This document shows, one piece after another, positions 12,740 through 24,602 of a stretch of 64,000 nt of DNA. The notes beneath the pieces are model-generated. The model did no database searches. It was not told the origin of the DNA and was given only the letters and a program-made list of their open reading frames with translations. The stretch covers positions 63,178,001 through 63,242,000 of the forward strand of contig OZ024746.1 in assembly GCA_964016885.1 (NCBI GenBank). Reading direction: 5' to 3'. Positions within the stretch are counted from its first letter, which is position 1, and the number at the start of each line of letters is the position of its first letter. The position numbers were made by a program, and so were the translations under genes. This DNA comes from Eledone cirrhosa. Lineage: Eukaryota.

Positions 12740-12799
<60 letters not shown>

Positions 12800-12800
12800 T
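12695..12800. repeat. (TGT)n + (CAG/TAG)n trinucleotide microsatellite
   Basis: Directly visible; the source of the poly-S/L/Y ORFs. Confidence 0.97.
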
Positions 12801-13065
12801 TAGCTCTAAGTCTGATTCTAAATGAGCGGACAGATTTTTGACCCATAGACATTCTTGGAAAGATATGGTCTGTGGCGGAGAGAGAGAGGGGGTGGGGTGG
12901 TAAGAGATAAGAAGAGGTAATATACATGTGGGTAGTAGGTGGAGTGTGTTTGTGAGCGATTTATCAGTAGCCATTTATTTTTTATGCGGTTTGGATGTCT
13001 GATGTATAGTAGCGTAGGTGGTGAATTGGCAGAGTCGTTAGAACGTCGGATAGAATACTTTATGG

Positions 13066-13402
13066 CAGGGGTTCTCAACATTTTTTTCGCTGTGGACCAC
13101 CAAAATAAGTCATTTTTTCCTGTGGACCACCTAAACTTTTAAATCTTTTGTAAAAGAACTGCTACTTATAAGCATCAGTAGATGTTTTTTTCAATGATAT
13201 AGAAAATGCTATTATCATGTCGCAGTGCCTAAAAATCTACGGAAATAAACAGCTGAAGTCGTACTTATGCGAAGAATAAGAACTCCGCTTTAAGTCAAAT
13301 GCATGGATCAAAAAAGAATTTGCTATTGAAAATTTTCTGTGGACCACCTGAATTTTCCTGTGGACCACTAGTGGTCCACATGGACCAGGTTGAGAACCCC
13401 TG
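13066..13402. mobile_element. hAT-type MITE with perfect 8-bp TSD, nested in a SINE
   Basis: TIRs CAGGGGTTCTCAAC / GTTGAGAACCCCTG, TSD CTTTATGG at 13058-13065 and 13403-13410, and GTGGACCAC subterminal repeats. Confidence 0.93.
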
Positions 13403-13760
13403 CTTTATGGTATTCGTTCTGGCTCTCTGCTCTCTCACTTCAAATCCTGTCGAGGTCAACTTTGCCTTTCATCCTTTCGAGGCCAATAAAAAAAGTACCA
13501 ATCTAGTACTGGCGTCGGTTCTTCCTCTATATCTCTTTCTCATTTCTTTTCTATCGCTCTTTCTCCTTCTCTGGAAGAAATCGGCTGTGTTTAGGGCTGG
13601 AGAGGAGATAGGCTACACTAGATGTAAAATGCAGAAGACAAGCTCTATGTCACCACGATGCAACTACGACTCCATCGGGAGTTAGGGATTCAAACAAACA
13701 TGTATAGTAGCAGCACTGTACCAGATAGAGGAGAAGTATTCCATTCTTACAACCACCCCA

Positions 13761-13808
<48 letters not shown>

Positions 13809-14041
13809 TTAAAGCAGTGAATTGGCAGAGTCAGTAGAGTATTTGTTCCGGCTCTCCATTACGATCTGATTTCAAATCACTAAAAGTTCAAATATACCTT
13901 TCATTCTTTCTGTGTGCAACCGTGCATTTCAATAATGCACAGTTGCACACAGATCGGCGAAACTGCAGTCGGGACTTTGAAGAAAATAGGTATATTTTTG
14001 TGTATTATTTCCCCATATTTTGTAATTTTATATATATATAT

Positions 14042-14197
14042 ATAGGAACAAGTATAACCCCGACAGCAGAGCTCAAGCCGTTTCGACGGCTATTTCTGGA
14101 CTAAAAAGTGTTCCTATTACCCACTCTACTACCCTAAGTATTGAGTACTTTGGTGTGTTATGGTCCATCTGGTTCCTTACCACAATTCCTTCGTTAT
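14042..14197 (-). mobile_element. Short (TA)n-inserted repeat; relatives at 9437-9590, 17523-17615, 36017-36127
   Basis: Shared AACGAAGGAA(A)TGTGGTAAGGAACCAG..GGACCATAAC(G)CACCA start; every copy abuts (TA)n. Confidence 0.75.
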
Positions 14198-14624
14198 ATA
14201 TATATATATATATATAATTACAATAGTGACATATACAGGTACTTAAGTTTTGGGGCTTATTCAACCCAACTCATAAAACTAATATCCTGTTTTTCCTTTG
14301 ATGTCATTAAGTTTCGTCTTCAAATAAACCAAAGCAATCGCATTAAGTGAGATTGAGGCAAGTTTCAGTGAAAACGAAATGTTATTATAATATAGTTATC
14401 GTTGATGTTCCAAATATTAATTAAGGTATATTGACATATGAATGAAACAAGATATCCTTCTAAATTATTAACATAGTTTTTGGTTACCTGGCTTCGAGAA
14501 AGTTAAGTCGGGGTATATATGCAAGTTAGGGATAAGATAAAAATTGAAGGTGAAAAGTAATGTACGCATGTCGGTGTAATTCCCATGTGTTAGAGATAAT
14601 TATTACTGTATTGTGTGTGTATGT

Positions 14625-14763
<139 letters not shown>

Positions 14764-14984
14764 TATGTGTGTCCATATGTTTGTGAAGGCTGATTGGTTA
14801 AAGAACTGGAGACCAGGTGATGCGTTATATCCTTGAACAAGACACTTTATTTCACGTTTCTCCTTCTACCTCAAGTTGCGACCGATAGATAGTATTAGCA
14901 ATCGGAAAGACCAACGAAAACATTGTTTCCTCGGTCCGATTTGACGAAAGTCGATCGACTGTCGATATGTATATATGTATGCAT

Positions 14985-15051
<67 letters not shown>

Positions 15052-15267
15052 AATTAGTATATCTACTAATATATATATACAGATGCATACCCATGCCAGC
15101 AAATATATAGGTTTTGTCTTAGTAACTTTGTGGTTCAATGCATGGGGATGCAGAACAATAATATGAAAGACGTAAAATAAGAAAATTATAAAAATTAACT
15201 TACTTACTAAAATTTCACTCCAACTAATTAGTTTCTGAAAGGGAATAAACATAGTTTCCGAAGAAAC

Positions 15268-15480
15268 GTACGGAGAAGCCTTTCGTCATCAGGGAAGTCT
15301 ATTCTCAGCTAAGTTTCCAGGCAATGCGTGGACACAGGGAACTTATACAAAAATAATTCAGTGGATGCTTTGCTTTTTTCCATCCACTGAATTATTTTTG
15401 TATAAGTTCCCTGTGTCCACGCATTGCCTGGAAACTTAGCTGAGAATAGACTTCCCTGATGACGAAAGGCTTCTCCGTAC
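15268..15480. repeat. Perfect 100-bp-arm inverted repeat (13-nt loop) with hammerhead-like CTGATGA motif
   Basis: 15268-15367 is the reverse complement of 15381-15480, with no mismatch seen. Confidence 0.95.
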
Positions 15481-15795
15481 TTTCATGTTTTCGCAATCTT
15501 CAGGTTCATAATGTGTGGTGACAGTCAAGTTTGCAATTTTCAACTGTCAGGTTTGCAATTTTCAACAGTTGAAAATTGCAAACTTGACTGTCACCACACA
15601 TTATGAACCTGAAGATTGCGAAAGCATGAAAGTACTTGTTCAATTAACACTTAACATTTAATATTCTACCATACTATTTCATTCTAATACCATTATAAAT
15701 TTTAAAGGATTGTAAATAAAACGAGTAAATCAGACAAAGTTGGACTTCCTTTTATTAATATAATCTTCTATACACAATCATACACACCCGTGTAT
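15477..15795 (+). mobile_element. Fold-back element with hammerhead; same family as 35561-35983
   Basis: 71-bp arms at 15477-15547 / 15565-15635. The right arm plus tail is nearly identical to the reverse complement of 35561-35790. Confidence 0.85.
15604..15642 (+). ncRNA. Minimal type I hammerhead ribozyme (U10.1.U11.1 variant)
   Basis: UGAAC-CUGAAGA-U-UGC gaaa GCA-U-GAAA-GUAC-UU-GUUCA: perfect 5-bp stem I, GNRA-capped stem II and palindromic AAGUACUU stem III. Confidence 0.75.
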
Positions 15796-16188
15796 ATTTA
15801 TATATATATATATATATATATTATTAAAGTTTTTGATGTTCTATTGAGAGAATCGTTTTTACTGAAAATATCGAATAATGTACACCATTTTTACCAGTAT
15901 CACAACAATACTGGTCCACACACACACACACATTCTCACACACATACACACACACATATATATATATATATATACACACATACACACACACACACACATA
16001 TACACACACATATACACACACATACACACGCGTACATTAACATACAAAGAGACATATACACACACACACTTCTCCGTATAAGACAAGAGCTGAAAAATAT
16101 CTTTTAACATGTTAAAATATCCCCCACACACGTACAGACACATTCCTACTAACCGAACCCTCTACCACGAAATACTCTGCTATACACA

Positions 16189-16228
<40 letters not shown>

Positions 16229-16544
16229 TCTTAATAGGCATTTGAATTGTCAGCAGGCTGCGGTTCGCACACACATCCCTGCTGACCATTATCACAACAA
16301 CGAACCTCTTTACTACTACTACACACACACACACACACATATTTGTCTTGAAAGACTTATTTTTCAGTGACTTCTCAACCAGCTGAGACAAACCTACATT
16401 TGGCGCAAAATTAATTTATAACATTCACATGATCTCTACCGACCAATCAAAATTGTTTTGACCACAAGAATTTTTTCATACATCTGGAGCCACTTTTTTA
16501 CATAAAACAGGTAGAATTTCCAAAACTAATCAGATTAGAGCAAA

Positions 16545-16909
16545 CATCACGGGTGCTCTATCGCAAAATTATTTTTGAAAAGCATTAGAAATGCGCAACC
16601 GGTAAAACTTAAAACCAAAACTGAATACTAACCAATACTATTACTAATTTTTACTTATTCCTAATTAAACTATTTTTCACTGGGAACAATTTGTCAGCAT
16701 TTTCTTTTCCTTTGACCAATGAGCAAACAGCACGGACACTCTATCTCAAAATTATTTTTGAAAAGCATTTAGAAATGCGCAACCGGTAAAAACTTAAAAA
16801 CTTAAAACCACAACTGAATACTAACCCATACAATCACTAATACTCTTTTATTCCTAATTAAACCATTTTTCAACTGTGAACAATTTGTCAGCATTTTCTA
16901 TTCCGTTTA

Positions 16910-16914
<5 letters not shown>
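16545..16914 (+). repeat. Tandem dimer (~184-bp unit), each unit with a hammerhead-like motif
   Basis: TTGAAAA-GCAT..ATGC-GCAACCGGTA at 16575-16604 and 16758-16788. The rest of the units align, and (TA)n follows. Confidence 0.85.
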
Positions 16915-16952
<38 letters not shown>

Positions 16953-17011
16953 TACATTTATATACACACATGCACACATATTTATACACACACACATATA
17001 TATATATACGA

Positions 17012-17153
<142 letters not shown>

Positions 17154-17327
17154 GTCCTTGAGCCTACTGACACTATACAAGACCATAACTCTTGCATGCT
17201 TTTCACTAGAAACGGAAATTATAAATACAATAAATAACTTATGTGAAAAGGTTGGATAGGAAATCACTTGAGCGTGAAAACTGTGCCGTATACACAATAA
17301 ATAGAGCTTCGAAACAATTATTACAAT

Positions 17328-17488
<161 letters not shown>

Positions 17489-17611
17489 ATAATTGTAATA
17501 ATTGTATATATATATATATATATATAACGAAGGAAATGTGGTAAGGAACCAGGTGGACCATAACGCACCAAAGTACTCAATACTTGAGGTAGTAGAGTGG
17601 GTAATAGGATT

Positions 17612-17652
<41 letters not shown>

Positions 17653-17759
17653 TATAAAAGAGAAAACACAGGTAAGCATTAAGAGAAGGATTTTATCCAG
17701 GTATTTACGACCGTTTCATTGGTAAGTGCAACCTTATATTGCTATACTGCAAATAGCAG

Positions 17760-18110
17760 CCACTCAATTATAATTGTTGTTCACAGTCCAAATTTTCAAA
17801 ATAGTGAGTAAGTTACTCTTGAAATAATTCTTAATATATAGAGAAAAACATTTATTTGGAATTGTATTTACTAGTATAGAGAGAGAGGAATCAGGAGGTG
17901 AGGGGACAGACGGAATAGTATAGAGAGAGAGGAAGGGGGAAGAGGAAGGAAGTAGAGTGACAAACTGAGATGGAGGGAGGGGTAGAGGTGGAAGGATTCC
18001 TTGGTCAGTTTTGATAGCAGACTTCATGTCGTGGAATGTAGTGAGTTTAAATTGATCATAGTGGGAGGGATGGATAGAGAGGGAGAGAGAGAGGGGGGAG
18101 ATATAAAGAG

Positions 18111-18178
<68 letters not shown>

Positions 18179-20003
18179 AGATAAAGATAATAATGACAAA
18201 ATTAAAAGCAAAGAAGGGGGTGAGAAAGAAGAAAAGAAAAGATAGCCAAGAAGGGGAGGGAAGAAAACGAAGAAATAGAAGAGGAATGAGGGAGAAGAGG
18301 GAGATATAGGTATTGGTTTTGTGAGTAATTAAAAGGGTTTAGATACAACAAGAGGGTATAAAGTCTAAGTATATGCAGTTTGTCAGTTGGTAGTAAGAGG
18401 TTAAGGGTTCGATTTGTAGTGCGAAAACTTCTCTTTGAGTCTATGGTTACAATAAATTGATCTTTCGATTTTATTGTTGAGTAACTTATTCTTCGAACTC
18501 AAGATGTGGAACAGCTCAAGGTCGCATAATCTACAGCTTCTCATACCACTCCGATATGGGGCGTGTTCGATAATTTGTTCCACTTCAGGGTGTATTGATG
18601 GTTACTTTCCCTCAGTTGCCAGGTCTTGTTTGCAAGGGTAGTTATATAATGATGCTGGGAATGTTTCATTGCGTAACGGTGTGTATACCAACGGGCTTTA
18701 AATGTATTCCCAGTCGCTCCGATGTAATACCATTTCTGTTATGTAACTACCCTTGCAAACAAGACCTGGCAACTGAGGGAAAGTAACCATCAATACACTC
18801 TGAAGTGGAAAAAATTATCGAACGCGCCCCCATATCGGAGTGGTATGAGAAGCTGTCGATTATGCGACTTTGAGCTGTTCCACATCTTGAGTTCGAATAA
18901 TAAGTTACTCAACAATAAAATCGAAAGATCAATTTATTGTAACTATAGACTCAAAGAGAAGTTTTCGCACTACAAATCGAACCATTAACCTCTTACTACC
19001 AACTGACAAACTGCATATACTTAGACTTTATATCCTCTTGTTGTATCTAAACCCTTTTAATTACCCTCAAAACCAATACCTATAACCTCCTCTTCACCCT
19101 CATTCCTCTTCTATTTCTTCGTTTTCTTCCTTCCTTCCCTCCCCTTCTTGGCTATCTTTTCTTTTCTTCTTTCTCACCCCTTCTTTGCTTTTAATTTTGT
19201 CATTATTATCTTTATCTTTATTTTATATATATATATATATATATTTATCTCTTTATATCTCCCCCTCTCTCTCCCCCTCTCTATCCATCCCTCCCACTAT
19301 GATCAATTTAATTCTCTTTAACTCACTACATTCCACGACATGAAGTCTGCTATCAAAACTGACCAAGGAATCCTTCCATCTCTACCCCTCCCTCCATCTC
19401 AGTTTGTCACTCTACTTCCTACCTCTTCCCCCTTCCTCTCTCTCTATTCCTCCGCTGCCACCAGTCTGTTTCGTTCTTTGTGTCTTTACCCTTTCTAGCA
19501 GTCTCTCTCTCTGTTAGCCTTTTCCTCACCTTTCACTCACTCACTCTCTGTCACTACCTCTCCTCCTCCCCTTTCTTCCCGTTTGACCTGTCCGTAATCC
19601 TTTTCTCGCGGGTACTTGCCAAGCCGGTATGAATTTTTTTTCTCTCTCTCTCGTCTGCGACTTCACAGAACTTATGTTTACCGAATTCGCAGACCAGACC
19701 CCTTCTTCCTCCCGTTAGACCTGTGCGAAATTCCTTCCTTGCTCACATTTCAACCAGGTTTGATGGTCTTTATTCTCTCGTTCACGATTCCACCGATTTT
19801 ATATTCATAGAAATCTGGGACTTGTTTCCTTCTTCATCACTTTCTGCTGCTTAAACCATTTTGTTTGTTTACCCTAGCGTCCCCTTTATTTACGTGTCCC
19901 AACGACTTTATTTTAGCCGTTGCTCGCACCAACCTGAGGTATATGGCCTTTAATGCGACGAAATGCCTACGACGGTTGGATGGCCACTGATGAGGACAAA
20001 CTT

Positions 20004-20008
<5 letters not shown>
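17760..20008. mobile_element. Penelope-like retroelement 3' region (GIY-YIG) in inverted arrangement
   Basis: Minus strand from about 18738 reads KWYYIGATGNTFKARWYTH...TTLANKTWQLRE...LKW / IIEHAPYRSGMRSCRLCDLELFHIL...LLNNKIERSIYCNHR. Arms of ~720 bp (about 17920-18649 / 18739-19448) are inverted. The right end carries a truncated CTGATGAGGAC, and the element is flanked by (TA)n. Confidence 0.85.
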
Positions 20009-20062
<54 letters not shown>

Positions 20063-20076
20063 AAGAAAAGAAATCA

Positions 20077-20247
20077 AAAATGCAGCTGAAGTCTTTTTAA
20101 GAATATTTATTTATTTCCTTTACCGGTTTCACAGTTCTTATGCTTTTCAAAACCCTCCATCTCAATTCTACTTTTGAAAAGCATAAGAACTATGAAACCG
20201 GTAAAGGAAATAAATAAATATTCTTAAAAAGACTCCAGTTGCATTTT
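20077..20247. mobile_element. Fold-back element with two U3-A8 hammerhead-like motifs
   Basis: ~75-bp inverted arms, each carrying TTGAAAA-GCATAAGAACT(G/A)T-GAAACCGGTA-AAGG. It sits next to (TA)n. Confidence 0.8.
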
Positions 20248-20271
20248 CGCTCATTTTTTTTTTATTAAAAT

Positions 20272-20318
<47 letters not shown>

Positions 20319-20934
20319 TTGTTTTGTCTTCTGTTGTTAAAGACAAACACTATTTTCTTTTACTATTATATATATATGTATATATATTTTCCTTTGACAT
20401 AATTATTGAAAGAGATCTTAAGATTCTCGCTCTTCAATATATATATATATATTTACATGTCATTATTGAAACTCACAATATTTTCTAAGGTGTTAAACTG
20501 ACACCCACCACTTAAGATATGATAATACAAGTATCAGAAGCATATAAACACTTATATTATAAAGTCAAACAGTTAAAAATCATCACTCTACAATGATGAT
20601 GTCATAGAAATCTGAAGAGTGAGAATCTTACCCTTTTTTGGATGCCTTGCGGTCCCCTATCATATTATGGCAGCATTTCCAAATTTTTTAAATACAAACT
20701 TTTATGAAATGCATGACAATATATAATGCGGGAATGAACTGCCTATGTTAGCGTCAAATGTTTATTCAAGAAAAATTGCTTCCTAGATTTAAAACTTCAA
20801 TCACAGTATACCATGAAAATTTGGCTAAGCCTTCGCGGTCCCCCTAAAATTGCTTCACTGTTCCCTAGGAGACCGTGGACCCCAGTTTAAGAACCACTGA
20901 TCTAAAAGAGAAATGAAATAACTTGTCTATTGAG

Positions 20935-21395
20935 GTCAACAAGAAAAGCTCAAACTTTACTCTCTCCAACATCGCCATGAGCGCTACATTATCTACATGA
21001 TGTGGAAAATATTCGATCAGGATTGCCCAAATGATGTTGACATCATCTTTAATGTACACCTAAGGCTTGAGCCCTGTGCTCTCTGCCCACAACAAAAATC
21101 AAACTCACATCTCCTAATAATATTATGGCACAATTATTCCACCTCAATTGGCCCTGCTCTCTTTAACATTACACCAAAACACATTAAAACAGAAACAGAT
21201 CCCATATAATTCAGAAAGACTTTGGACAAATTTCTTCAAGAAATCCCAGATAAACCTCCTAAACCCAGATATGTCTCCATAAATAATAACTTTCTACTTG
21301 AGTCAGCCATGGTGTCCAAATCCTGATTTGAAAGACTTCGCTAGGTGGTGCTGTTACATTAGACATGGCCGAACCCTATCAAAGTTAAAGTTAAC
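20935..21395 (+). mobile_element. 3' end of CR1-group LINE
   Basis: KLKLYSLQHRHERYIIYMMWKI...SIGPALFNITPKHIK...FRKTLDKFLQEIPDKP matches the CR1-type ORF2 C-terminus. Confidence 0.8.
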
Positions 21396-21589
21396 AACTG
21401 GGATCCTATATGGAGAATTTATTTCGGTTCTCATTGGGATTCCTGCCAATAAGAGATTTCTTCTTTTCTTAGGACACTATGTCTGAAAGTTGGCAAATAT
21501 GAAATGAATAGTTATGTGTGTATGTACGTAAGTATGTATGTATGCATGTATGTATGTATGCATGTATGCATGCGTGTATGTATGTTATA

Positions 21590-22110
21590 TCAGGTTGCTC
21601 TCGAGTGCTACTGGTAACATGTAACCCAGTACAACCTGTCTCATGGTCAGGTCGTCGGCGACTAAACCGGCAACCCCACTAAGCTAGCTTGGTGAGGAGG
21701 GTGATATTTGGACACCCTGCGGGATAAAATACAAGACCCTGCAAAGGGCAGAGGAACTCAGCAGAGTCAACGGCCATCCAAACAGTACTTTTTTTTATCT
21801 AGGAGTAAAAGGCTCCCAGTTGTTGTCACAACACCTTTCTAGGAGAGGGAAACTCTGAAAAAAAAACAGCGTCTTCGGAAGCATCCGATGATGTTGACCA
21901 GTTTTCCTTTTCAGGTAGTGTTTCCGATGCTCAGAGAGTGGGATTGGTCGAGCGCAAGGCGTTTCCCCACTTAAAAAGACCTTCAAAGCACAGGCATTGC
22001 TTGTGGAGGATCTGTTACAGGGTCATGTGGCTGGCCATAGCCTAAAAATGCACCAAACTCCATAATCTGACAAGTAATTGCAATGTTCTTAGCAGAGTTT
22101 GTAGCCATCA
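21590..22110. mobile_element. GC-richer interspersed repeat between (TATG)n tracts, possibly retroelement-derived
   Basis: Its composition differs from the flanks, and the sub-segment 21925-22000 recurs at 22635-22710. No protein motif was recognised. Confidence 0.45.
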
Positions 22111-23064
22111 TGTATGTATGTATGTATGTATGTATGTATGTATGTATGTATGTATGTATGTATGTATGTATTCTTCTGGTTTTATAATTTCACAAAGTTT
22201 TACCAATAGAGAGTGAGTCGGTTTCTAACATAGACACAAGATTCTCTCATTGGAATTTAAATAACATCAACTAGGTAGATATGTGTGCATGTATGCATGT
22301 GTGTGCAGGTATGGATGTTATTGTATGTGTGGATGTGGAAGTTTTGAGTTATATGTGTGCATGTGCATATTCTTTGTATCTGTACATGTGTATATGCAGT
22401 TATTAGATGCTGAATTTTTGGAATGTTTTACATATTTTTACTGTTCCATTAATGGATTGTACTTGTAATTTCCTAACTAGTCATGTTCTTTCTGTTTCTG
22501 AGGCAGTTACTAGCATATGTATGTATGCATGCATGCATGCATGTATGTGTGTGTGGATAACTCCAACATAAAACCTACGGCTCAGTAGTTACCGATGATA
22601 TTGATCTTTTCTTTTTTTCGGGTTATAGCTACTGTTTCTCAGAGAGTGGGATTGGCTCAGTGCACAGTCTTTCCTCACTTTAAAAAAATCTTCACGCACA
22701 GGCATTGCACAATAGAATTAATTGATAATTATTAATAATGTTATATCGTGCAATGACCATACTCGATAACGAGGGGGCAGCCATCATATGTGCATATGTA
22801 TGTATATCATTATCGTCCATCAACATATTTTTTTCATTCACAGAGCTTTGTTAGCAAAGATTATAACACCCACCACATTGAGGTGAGATTGGCTCAGTCC
22901 CCAATCACAGAGTTCTTATATTGTATTTATTCAACAAATTCCAATTAAACTATATAAGTTTTACAGTAAAGAAAGGAAAAGAGAGAGAAAAATATTAAAT
23001 AGCAAAAGTAAAAGAAAGTGGTGAAGGATTGGCAGACTCTACACTGCATAGTAGGTGGTATATC

Positions 23065-23430
23065 TCAGCTGCAACTGCAGACAAAATGATGAATGCATTG
23101 CCATGGAGCACAGCCAGTTACACCCACTGCATCATCCACTCCACCTAATGGAGCTCCTTCCAACTTAGCAGTTCGAGGAGAAAGGATACGAGAGATCTCA
23201 ATGATGACTGGCATGAAAAGGAAGCAGTTGATCAAGCACTGGTATTTGTCTATCTTCCTCTCCTCCATGTTACAGATGGCAGTGCCTGGGTTTGTGGCTG
23301 AGGCAACAAAGTTAGAGATGAAGAATGTGTCGGAGCATATATGATCCAAGATTAGAGATTTACCTCCTTCGAACAAGAGGGTTATTTGGTCTGGACACTT
23401 GTCATCACCATTGTCAAGGCCAGTAGACTC
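23065..23430 (-). mobile_element. CRE-type retrotransposon RLE domain remnant
   Basis: ESTGLDNGDDKCPDQITLLFEGGKSLILDHICSDTF...EERKIDKYQCLINCFLFMPVIIEIS corresponds to EPxGLxRxDGKRPDG...WDxTCxDT...ExxKxxKY...ETxG. A shifted frame gives LAVLHGNAF. Confidence 0.85.
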
Positions 23431-24160
23431 CTATTTAACAATATTTTCAGTCTTTTAAATGCTTTCTCATCACACAAACAACTAACCCAGAGTTACAAAG
23501 TTCTTGTTCAAATGATTTTAAAAATAATGCAAATATTTGTTGTAGGCACAAAATAATAAAATAATTGTAACTTTCAGTTGTTGGTCTAATTGGTTAAATT
23601 ATTTATAATTGATGTAAGTTATTAGTTAGGAATGTTATCTTCATTAGTGTTAATTTCTCCTACGCAGATACTAATTTAGAAATAAGTATTCTATGTACAT
23701 CAACTGTCAGTCATTTCAAATTTAAAGTGTAACCCTTTTGATAACAATCTGCCCAAAACCACCCTAGTTTTTTTTTATACAAAACTATCCATTTTAAAAT
23801 GTTCACACTTAATATTAAAACCTTCCATCATAATTTCATTTCAGAAATTTTTGTTATGTAATGTTTCAAACATCAGCCATGATAAAACATTCCCAGTCCA
23901 CACAGTAAAGTTGCAGTGTTGGTGTTAAGATAAAACCCCTCAGTTCACCCAATAAGTTAGTAATGCTGGTACTACAATAAAATGCTCCCAGTGCATGCTG
24001 TATAGTGTTTGATGTTCAGAAGGACATCCAGCTATAAAAACCATGTAAAAAATAGAACATATGAGCTAAATGTGGTCCCCAGACCAGTCTAGCCTCAGAA
24101 TGGGACAACCCATCTAATTCAAACACACAGAAAATGGACATTAAACGATGATGATGAGGA

Positions 24161-24196
<36 letters not shown>

Positions 24197-24212
24197 TATA
24201 TATATATATATA

Positions 24213-24523
24213 TATAAAGAAAAAAAGATGAAATCGAAAATGCAACTGGAGTCTTATTTTTTTTTTAAATATATATATTTATTTGGTTCCTTTACCGGTT
24301 TCGCAGTTCTTCTGCTTTTCAAAAATAGAGTTGAGATGGAGGGTTTTTCTCACATCTGTGGTTTTTCTCACAGATGTGAGAAAAACCACAGACCCTCCAT
24401 CTCAACTCACCTTTTGAAAAGCAGAAGAACTGCGAAACCGGTAAAAGAACCAAATAAATATATATATTTTTTTTTTAAATAAGACTCCAGTTGCATTTTC
24501 GATTTCATCTTTTTTTCTTTATA
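24213..24523. mobile_element. ~310-bp fold-back element with two U3-A8 hammerhead motifs
   Basis: Inverted arms of ~145 bp with motifs at 24289-24325 (-) and 24410-24447 (+). It follows (TA)n. Confidence 0.85.
24410..24447 (+). ncRNA. Hammerhead-like motif with U3-A8 core
   Basis: CCUU-UUGAAAA-GCAG aagaa CUGC-GAAA-CCGG-UA-AAAG; the sister arms supply AAGG as the 3' strand of stem I. Confidence 0.6.
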
Positions 24524-24602
24524 CTTTCACTTGTGTAGGACACCTCGGTTATTTTTCATTTTGTAAAAAAACCTCACTTTCTAATATATATATATACTGA
24601 TA

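Noticed and set aside
12638-12974. Poly-S/L/Y/C ORFs
   Set aside because: Trinucleotide microsatellite.
23065-23430. 122-codon open frame as a host or domesticated gene
   Set aside because: RLE motifs are degraded by CpG-type changes, and the conserved C-terminus is frameshifted with stops.
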